Below are positions 25,535-32,000 of a stretch of 32,000 bases of DNA, piece by piece. Below the pieces are notes generated by a model. The model saw only the letters and a list, made by a program, of their open reading frames with translations. It did no database searches and was not told the DNA's origin. Numbering within the stretch: position 1 is the first letter of the stretch; every line of letters begins with the position of its first letter. This DNA is from Bacillota bacterium (GTDB lineage: Bacteria; Bacillota; Desulfotomaculia; Desulfotomaculales; Desulfallaceae). Made by a program: the position numbers and the translations under genes. The DNA lies in assembly GCA_023439185.1 (NCBI GenBank), contig JAEXOR010000011.1, positions 233,168 through 265,167 on the forward strand, given 5' to 3'.

Positions 25535-27168
25535 TAACGCACCATAACAGATATATACTTATCCAACTCACCCTGCAATACTTTCCCCCAAAAACGGGCC
25601 TGCAGCTCAAAGATACGGAGGTAAGAAAGCCGGTAATCAAATACAGGGTGTGTTATTTCCTGCCGCCTTCGTTCTTCATAACACTTATAGAATTTTTTAC
25701 GTCCCTGGTCTTTTAAGAAACAACCGCCCAAACCATATGAAAAATCTTCTTTCCCTATACTCCCGCGATTTATGGCTGAAAGCACCGCGGAATCAGCCAC
25801 CACCGGACGGAACTCTTCCATAAGATCCAGTGCCAGAGCGGGCCTCCCATAAACTGGTTGATGCAAAAACCCTATGTACGGATCAAGTCCGGTTACCTGA
25901 ATTGCTGAATGCATATCCTTGGCAAGTAATGTATAGGCAAAGCTTAACAACGCATTGACCGGATCTCTGGGCGGCCTGCGGTTGCGGTGGTTAAATTGAA
26001 AATTACATTCAGTTTTGAGCAGCATTGAGAAAGCGCGAAAATACTCTCTGGCGGCCATCCCCTCAACGCCGAGCAATTGCTCCAAGCTACCGGCATTGTT
26101 TGCCGCCACAATGCTCAGTCCAATACTGCGTATGGATGATTCTATTAATTTGACCTGTAATTTGCGGTTGTAACGTAAAAGTAAAGCACGCATGTTGGAT
26201 AGTTTTCCGGTCACAAAACATCTGGCCAAAGCAATGCGCTTATCTTGATCAAAGTAACAATTGAATTGCGCCAGACGAACAAGACAGTTACGGGATGCCG
26301 GCGGCTGCACAATGCCCCGGTAATTTCCGTTAATCGTCAGGTAAACCACATCAATGCCGTAGTCCAGCAGGGTTTTCATGGCCGGGGTTGATAGGTTTAC
26401 GCCGCCTACCAGCACCACCTGATCTATGTTGCATAAAGGTAATTCAGTCAACACCCGGTCTTCCTTTTCCACTACCAGGCGCAAACCCTTCTTTTTTACT
26501 CTGGAACCCGGTTCATCCACATATAGAATCCGGCCCAGGTTTATCGCGGGCACGGGGCGTGAAGGCTTTTTCCCGCTGCCTTGTAAAAAGTTTGTTTCCA
26601 TAGGCAGGCAACGTGATTCAAGAGCACAACCGTTACAGCGACCATCCGCTGCCGGTGGCGGTATAATGCCGGATTCAATAATATCCAGCGCTTTTCTAAC
26701 TGTATTCTCGACAAGTACCCGCAAGTCTTCCTGAAAGTAAACTTCCCGGCGGCTACGTGAGCCCGCATAGTAAATGTATCCTTTTTCACTGCAACAACTT
26801 AATTTTTCTTCCAGCATCATAGCCTGAGCGCAAAGCTGCACGTCATCGCTCAAGCTTTCTTTCATGGTGCCTTTTTTATATTCCACAGGGTAATAATAAC
26901 CGTCCCGTTCTTCAAGACAATCAACAACACCTATAAGCTTGAGGTGCTCCGAAGTTATTTCTATGGAACGCGCTTGTTTAATTGAATCCCTTGTGACGCT
27001 TCCGCGGCGCTCCCGTTTTTCTTCCTGGAGTCTACCTTCAAGCAGATGGGCATTGCTGTCTTCGGCTCCTTCAATAACCCGGTAATAAAAATTTCGCGGA
27101 CAATATAGAATTTCCGCAACAGCAGAAACAGGGAGGTATATTGGTTCTTTTTGCGACTCTGCTTCCAT
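25534..27168 (-). CDS. cas4-cas1: Cas4-Cas1 fusion protein
   Basis: N-terminal Cas4: 'YCPRNFYYR', 'GVVD', 'PVEYKKG', 'CNGCALESRC'; C-terminal Cas1: 'LYVDEPGSRVKKKGLRLVV', 'LLDYGIDVVYLTINGNYRG', 'NALLSFAYTLLAKDMHSAIQVTGLDPYIGFLH', 'PALALDLMEEFRPVVADSAV'. Confidence 0.95.
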   Translation of the reverse strand: MEAESQKEPIYLPVSAVAEILYCPRNFYYRVIEGAEDSNAHLLEGRLQEEKRERRGSVTRDSIKQARSIEITSEHLKLIGVVDCLEERDGYYYPVEYKKGTMKESLSDDVQLCAQAMMLEEKLSCCSEKGYIYYAGSRSRREVYFQEDLRVLVENTVRKALDIIESGIIPPPAADGRCNGCALESRCLPMETNFLQGSGKKPSRPVPAINLGRILYVDEPGSRVKKKGLRLVVEKEDRVLTELPLCNIDQVVLVGGVNLSTPAMKTLLDYGIDVVYLTINGNYRGIVQPPASRNCLVRLAQFNCYFDQDKRIALARCFVTGKLSNMRALLLRYNRKLQVKLIESSIRSIGLSIVAANNAGSLEQLLGVEGMAAREYFRAFSMLLKTECNFQFNHRNRRPPRDPVNALLSFAYTLLAKDMHSAIQVTGLDPYIGFLHQPVYGRPALALDLMEEFRPVVADSAVLSAINRGSIGKEDFSYGLGGCFLKDQGRKKFYKCYEERRRQEITHPVFDYRLSYLRIFELQARFWGKVLQGELDKYISVMVR

Positions 27169-27287
27169 GGTTATCCTCCTTTTCTTTTACTGGGAAGAAT
27201 AACCATTGGGCCAATGGTGTATACCTTTTTCTTTTTTAATCGACCTATTATATAAAATGCCGCCCTATATTAAGGAAGCCTCTCGAA

Positions 27288-27787
27288 AACGCAATTCCCA
27301 AAAGGAAATTATTTTTGTTTTGCCATGCAATTCCACAGCACAAGGAACAAACGTCTGCCGGAAGTATTTCAATTCCTCAAGGGGAATTATTTTTGTTTTG
27401 ACATAGCCAAGAAACTCACACCTGGCACGCGTGTCATGGTACAGTTTCAATTCCCCAAGGGGAATTATTTTTGTTTTGACAGGTAGGTAAGCGTAAGTGG
27501 ACTGACCCAAAGAAATATCCGTTTCAATTCCCCAAGGGGAATTATTTTTGTTTTGACTGTCGGGAGCGTTGTTGGCCACCTCTATTCCATGATGGAGTTT
27601 CAATTCCCCAAGGGGAATTATTTTTGTTTTGACTTCGATTAAAAAGAATGTCCAGAGGCTCCATATTATTGTTTCAATTCCCCAAGGGGAATTATTTTTG
27701 TTTTGACGTGTGGTAAAAACTGCCGTTGCTGCCGTGAAGAGATATGCGGTGTTTCAATTCCCCAAGGGGAATTATTTTTGTTTTGAC
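27288..27787 (-). CRISPR. CRISPR array: 7 repeats (leader-distal one degenerate), 6 spacers of 37-43 nt
   Basis: Repeats at 27288-27324 (degenerate), 27366-27402, 27444-27480, 27521-27557, 27597-27633, 27671-27707, 27751-27787; + strand consensus GTTTCAATTCCCCAAGGGGAATTATTTTTGTTTTGAC; minus-strand form ends in ATTGAAAC, the classic 5' handle. Confidence 0.98.
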
Positions 27788-28031
27788 AGCGGGGATGTTC
27801 AAGCCTTGTGCAACAAGGGCTCCCAAAGCAGTTTTCGAGCACCTTCGACAAATTGCTATATTTTTACAAATAACAGGATTTGGTCAAGCAACGCTAACTA
27901 TATCATCTAGCATTTACCACCTCTACAGTTCGTCATCCACAAGGCTTTCCCTGTATATTAACTTTCAAAAATACTCTTCGAGCATCTCCCGGGTTTTTTG
28001 CACACCAAAAGTGCTCGATGTCTGACAATTT
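27788..28031 (-). promoter_or_regulatory. CRISPR leader copy (B) adjacent to the active array end
   Basis: Adjacent to intact repeats, opposite to the degenerate repeat; duplicated near 24995. Confidence 0.85.
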
Positions 28032-28078
28032 TAAAAACCTCTTGCCTTGATCCAAGTTTGGTTTCTGATTACAGCGAC

Positions 28079-29728
28079 TTATTCAACAATCACGCATTCA
28101 CCTATAACATAGGGGTTTTCATGCTGCTCATTAATTGAGCGCCTATCAATCATAGCCACAGTTATAGTATCCAGACGGTTATCCATATGTGCCTGACATA
28201 CGTAAGTAACAAAGTACTGCAAAAGTGTAGTGCCTCCGGTAAGGTTAACGTATAAATGATGAAACGGCAGTCCTTCAATATATTCTTTGGCCTGATTGAA
28301 TATCCGGGATAATTCATTAAACCCGCTAAATGGGTCACCCACCTCTACTACACAAACTTCCCCGGTATACCCGGCTTTATTTAATATTGTGTCTAAATAG
28401 TTCTTTTTTACTTCATCTGAGGTTATAACAAGCAACTGATCCGGTTTTACATGGTGCAGGGCGGTATACAATAACCCAGGTGATTTACCTAGCGGGGTTA
28501 TCATAGTTATGGTTGAGCCGGTCTGTTGCAGGTCTGTCACAGGCACAGACAAGCCCTTTTCTTTATTAAAGATTTCTTTTAATATGGCAAAACACTCCAG
28601 CGTTTCGCTCATAACTTTGTGAGACGACCTGACGCTTTCTTTACTCCACCCTGTGTGAATCACATCATTACGTAGCCCACTTAATTGTGACCATAATTTT
28701 CCTATAGTTGTATCTCGATCAGACTTGAGTTTATGCGCTATGGTTTCCCGTATATCCCGTTGAAAAACACCGATACACTGGTCATTACTACTTATAACAT
28801 AAGAAATTATCAATTCACGCATCATCGATAAGGCCTGAGGGGCATAGTTATGTTCTACGTACCAGCGGACCATATCCAAATGACTGACTAAATTTAGAGG
28901 ATCGGACTTATCGTTAGTTTCAGAAAAAGCGGAAAACTTACTAATTATGTTTTCAATCAAGAGGCCAAAAGGAACCGCCCACTCTCTGACGTCCCTGTCC
29001 AGCAGTTCACGTTGTTCTGAATAACCGGTGTAATATTTTAATTTACCGGTTTCTGCTATTACCTCAAATGGCCGATTGGTAAATAGGGCCCGGGAAACAT
29101 TTTCAATAATAGTACCAAACCTGTTAAGCTCTCTTCGCGCCGGACCTTGCTCTTCTTTGGCTTTCCGCTGGGCATCTGCCAGAAGGGCGCTTATTTCCTG
29201 AGCACTGCCGTGTTTAACAAAAGAATTAACACCAATAATCCAATCCAACAGCGAACAAAAACCGGTTAAATCAAATACCGGACTTTCATTTTGGTCATTT
29301 TTGGCTTCATATGCCCCGTAATACAATGCCTTGATATTAACGTTTTTAACAAATTTTAGATAAGCAATACTTAAAAAACTAATCAGCGGTAGTGAACGGA
29401 AGCTATATGTTATATCAAACACCATGCTGTCGCCTTCGTCAATCTCGCGTACCAGAATGTTAAAAATATCCCATAGCTCAATAGTGCTTTTACCGTCCGG
29501 TATATCAACGGGGATTGGCTCAGTGTGATTCCGGTTAATTAATTCTTCCCTTAAGCTGTTCCAATGCTTGGCTGTTGCTTCCTTTGTTTTAACTACCATT
29601 ATTTTCTTGGGTCTGGTCAACTCTGCGGCCATAACCGGAAAGTAACGGGTATGCACTTTTTTTTCGCCGAGTACATAATAAGTTTCCTTATAATCATTTA
29701 TTCCAATAAAGGTTACAAGTTTGGGCAT
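28079..29728 (-). CDS. CRISPR-associated effector, Csx2/DxTHG (TM1812)-like CARF + HEPN + additional C-terminal CARF-like domain
   Basis: N-terminal 'DITYSFRSLPLISFLSIAY' (DxTHG-like), HEPN motif 'LRNDVIH' (R-x4-H), C-terminal 'MITPLGKSPGLLYTALHHVKPDQLLVITSD...LYVNLTGGTTLLQYFVTYV' (CARF-like). Confidence 0.82.
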   Translation of the reverse strand: MPKLVTFIGINDYKETYYVLGEKKVHTRYFPVMAAELTRPKKIMVVKTKEATAKHWNSLREELINRNHTEPIPVDIPDGKSTIELWDIFNILVREIDEGDSMVFDITYSFRSLPLISFLSIAYLKFVKNVNIKALYYGAYEAKNDQNESPVFDLTGFCSLLDWIIGVNSFVKHGSAQEISALLADAQRKAKEEQGPARRELNRFGTIIENVSRALFTNRPFEVIAETGKLKYYTGYSEQRELLDRDVREWAVPFGLLIENIISKFSAFSETNDKSDPLNLVSHLDMVRWYVEHNYAPQALSMMRELIISYVISSNDQCIGVFQRDIRETIAHKLKSDRDTTIGKLWSQLSGLRNDVIHTGWSKESVRSSHKVMSETLECFAILKEIFNKEKGLSVPVTDLQQTGSTITMITPLGKSPGLLYTALHHVKPDQLLVITSDEVKKNYLDTILNKAGYTGEVCVVEVGDPFSGFNELSRIFNQAKEYIEGLPFHHLYVNLTGGTTLLQYFVTYVCQAHMDNRLDTITVAMIDRRSINEQHENPYVIGECVIVE

Positions 29729-29785
29729 AATGTCATCCTTTCATGGAACACAAAAATAGCGGCATGCGCTTATATTGGTCGGGAC

Positions 29786-30673
29786 TTATCTGATCAATAA
29801 CCTGCTTTGCCCCATACCCATTGTGGTTTTGTAGCCTATGCCAGCGTAAAATGCAAACTCCGCCAGCATATGCGCTGCTCGGGCCATGATATCTTCATTA
29901 TGATGCTTGATGCCGTAACCGCATTGGCCAACAAAACCAACCTGTTTATAGTGGCTGAAATGCATTATTTTAGTGATTATTCTGCAATCACTCGGGAAAA
30001 GGTTTTCGGCAATGAAACATAAAAAGTTATCCCCCAGATGCACGGGTGAATAATAATTCCACTTTTGCAGCAAGTTGGCGAATACTTTATGCGGGTCCGG
30101 CAGGGGATAGTTCATGCCCTGGCTTCTGAATGTCGTAGGCGAGTAAAATTGCAGGCTGAGCTTGTTCCTGATGTTTTCCTCCGACACGTAATAATCATAA
30201 ATATCCGTAAAGGAGGAACTGTCGGCCCAGGGATGGCGCTTTTGATCAAAGGTAAAACCGCAGACCCGCATTTCAGTTCCGGCCAGATTTATATCATACG
30301 GCAATGCCGGCGCCCAAATGTTTTGCATCCAAAGCGAAAGGGCGGACGACAAGGAGGTTACTCTAAAAGAGTACTCTTCACCGGGGAACAGCCTCCAGCG
30401 GTTTTCCTCAAAGGCTGTTTTTCCCCAAAGGGGCGATATGGTAAATGGCTTTAGGGAAGCCGGCTTGTGCAATTCATCCGCCAGCGCGGGATCCAAATCC
30501 CGTACCTTATCCAGGAAAAAAGCATGCAGCACCTGACCCAAAGCGGGAGGAACCAATACCTCTTGCTTTACTTGTAGAAATATGACACAACTGGCCAGCA
30601 ATAGAAATTCCTCCGGTTTTTTAATTGATATAAAGATCTGTCCACCCCAAGGGCCAGCGGGGAACATCTCCAT
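29786..30673 (-). CDS. cas6: Cas6-family CRISPR RNA endoribonuclease
   Basis: 'QVGFVGQCGYGIK...LAEFAFYAGIGYKTTMGMGQSRLL' with C-terminal Gly-rich motif; between csm5 and the CARF effector. Confidence 0.87.
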   Translation of the reverse strand: MEMFPAGPWGGQIFISIKKPEEFLLLASCVIFLQVKQEVLVPPALGQVLHAFFLDKVRDLDPALADELHKPASLKPFTISPLWGKTAFEENRWRLFPGEEYSFRVTSLSSALSLWMQNIWAPALPYDINLAGTEMRVCGFTFDQKRHPWADSSSFTDIYDYYVSEENIRNKLSLQFYSPTTFRSQGMNYPLPDPHKVFANLLQKWNYYSPVHLGDNFLCFIAENLFPSDCRIITKIMHFSHYKQVGFVGQCGYGIKHHNEDIMARAAHMLAEFAFYAGIGYKTTMGMGQSRLLIR

Positions 30674-31811
30674 CCATCACTGCCCGGCGCGATTTGGGGA
30701 AAACAAATTGGCCCCGGGGTTCGAAAAGGGCATCCCTGACCGAACGCCGCAGCTCAGGAGGCAGCAGCATCAGCAAACTGGTTCCGGATAAACCCGCCCC
30801 CCAACCCATACGCATTCCGGCAGCTTTTTGATCATAGAAATTTCTCATTTCCATTGCGCCGGGTCCGGAAACCGCGGCCCAGTATTCCCTTTCAAAACGC
30901 CAAATATCATGCGCAAAACTATGCACCAAATTAAATAGTTCTTCCAGGGTATTAAAGGGCAGTATTCCTTTGGTCTGTTGAGAAAAGTCTCGCATAATAT
31001 TTTCATCCAAAGTAACGCTGAACTGCAACTCGGCGCCGGGTAAGATTATTTCCACATAAATGGGAGTTTTCAAGTAGATATCCCGCTCTCCGGTAAGACT
31101 TAGAACTTGCACTTCCACGAGGGGCAGAGCGTCTTTATCCATCGGCGTGGTGTCGGAAACCTTCAATACCCGCATATAGTCTTTTTGCTGACCGGTGGCT
31201 CCTCGTTTTGCATAACCACCCGGTACCGGCAAGTCAAAATGCTGCAGCAGTTCCGTTTCAATTTTATTGGCCATGCTGCTTTTGACTTTGTCTTTAAACC
31301 ATGGTTTTGAGCGCAGCCTGTCGTCAGTATTGTTGAATTCCCGGAGTTTCTGCTCAATTGAATTAACAAAATACTGTTGAAAGTCCCGTGGGCTTTCCGC
31401 CTGCATCCTTTTTAAAAGGTTATATAATACAGCGGTTCTAATGGCGCCTTTAATAGATGAACCGGGGATGAAGGGACAACCGAAAACATCCCGCATAAAT
31501 GGCCGCATCCGCAGCGGGGTACGGCTTAACCTTGTATTACAATGGTAATCCGAGCTTTGCCGCAAAAAGCGTTCATTCAGTAATTGCCGGGAGCGCAAAA
31601 ATTCCTCCAGGTTGAAACGGCGGCCCTGCCGGCCTATCTCCAGAGACAGCTCATCCAGCTTGTTTTTATCCAACATGGCACGCCCCAGCTTGGCCTCGCC
31701 TACCACATAACAACGCCCGTTGAAAACCATCTGCTCCAGAGGGGTGAGTGCCTGGGTTTTACCGCCTATATGTACCGGACTGATTGTTTTTAGCACTATT
31801 CTTTCCCGCAT
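30621..31811 (-). CDS. csm5: Csm5-like RAMP subunit of type III-A effector
   Basis: 'MRERIVLKTISPVHIGGKTQALTPLEQMVFNGRCYVV', 'CPFIPGSSIKGAIRTAVLYNLL'; start overlaps the upstream gene stop as TAATG. Confidence 0.87.
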   Translation of the reverse strand: MRERIVLKTISPVHIGGKTQALTPLEQMVFNGRCYVVGEAKLGRAMLDKNKLDELSLEIGRQGRRFNLEEFLRSRQLLNERFLRQSSDYHCNTRLSRTPLRMRPFMRDVFGCPFIPGSSIKGAIRTAVLYNLLKRMQAESPRDFQQYFVNSIEQKLREFNNTDDRLRSKPWFKDKVKSSMANKIETELLQHFDLPVPGGYAKRGATGQQKDYMRVLKVSDTTPMDKDALPLVEVQVLSLTGERDIYLKTPIYVEIILPGAELQFSVTLDENIMRDFSQQTKGILPFNTLEELFNLVHSFAHDIWRFEREYWAAVSGPGAMEMRNFYDQKAAGMRMGWGAGLSGTSLLMLLPPELRRSVRDALFEPRGQFVFPKSRRAVMDGDVPRWPLGWTDLYIN

Positions 31812-32000
31812 TACCGGTTCACCTCCACCGGCACGGACATGGCATAACCGTACCTGTAAAGCGGATGCGTCCCGCGATCCCAATTGGCGGGTGTTACGTC
31901 AGCCATGCATCCCGCGGGCAAATACGGCAGCACCGAACCCTCGGCAAACATTTTGCATGACTTTCTTCGCACCTGCCGAATTGTTTCCGGTGAGGCGGCC
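31811..32000 (-). CDS. csm4: C-terminus of Csm4-like RAMP subunit (continues past window)
   Basis: Translation ...SPETIRQVRRKSCKMFAEGSVLPYLPAGCMADVTPANWDRGTHPLYRYGYAMSVPVEVNR*, upstream of csm5. Confidence 0.72.
   Translation of the reverse strand, partial: AASPETIRQVRRKSCKMFAEGSVLPYLPAGCMADVTPANWDRGTHPLYRYGYAMSVPVEVNR

Noticed and set aside
27206-28025. ORFs 27206-27406, 27265-27603, 27666-27851, 27710-27910, 27744-28025 in the array/leader
   Set aside because: They contain repeated 'FNSPRGIIFVLT'/'NKNNSPWGIET' peptides, which are translations of CRISPR repeats, not genes
24995-32000. Looked for reverse transcriptase, retron, DGR, toxin-antitoxin or cas10 genes in the CRISPR region
   Set aside because: None seen inside the window; cas10 and other csm genes would be beyond the right edge, so absence cannot be concluded

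Overview
32 kb window from a probable anaerobic Firmicutes (Peptococcaceae-like) genome; the host is inferred from gene content only. Left to right: (1) 3' end of a molybdenum-hydroxylase large subunit, a small DUF1858-like protein and two tRNAs (Lys-CUU, Gln-CUG), all but the first on the minus strand. (2) An Fe(III)/2-aminoethylphosphonate-type ABC transporter (ATPase, fused double permease, binding lipoprotein) plus a PHP-domain protein. (3) Two YeiH/UPF0324 transporters, each followed by an unannotated single-TM microprotein, flanking a NarL-type two-component system and a kinase-less Cache/PAS protein. (4) A UspA protein, then a compact arsR-hgcA-hgcB-acr3-arsC cluster. The hgcAB calls rest on the NVWCAAGK cap-helix motif with C-terminal TM domain (HgcA) and on CMECGAC plus a C-terminal vicinal Cys pair (HgcB). 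This places mercury-methylation genes inside an arsenic-resistance operon, with a near-consensus promoter and an inverted repeat over the -10. (5) A complete 4-hydroxybenzoyl-CoA-reductase-like gene set, a second FAD subunit fused to a truncated large-subunit remnant, and an IclR regulator. (6) An EamA transporter with a very His-rich tail and an IS3 orfA remnant abutting a solitary CRISPR repeat. (7) A type III-A-like CRISPR-Cas locus: csm4 (partial), csm5, cas6, a CARF-HEPN-CARF-like effector, a small array, a cas4-cas1 fusion and cas2. The adaptation module is bracketed by two direct copies of repeat+leader. Most noteworthy: the hgcAB-ars operon, the double-CARF HEPN effector, the leader-flanked adaptation cassette, and the paired YeiH/microprotein architecture. 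All calls are from reading sequence only; no database search was run.
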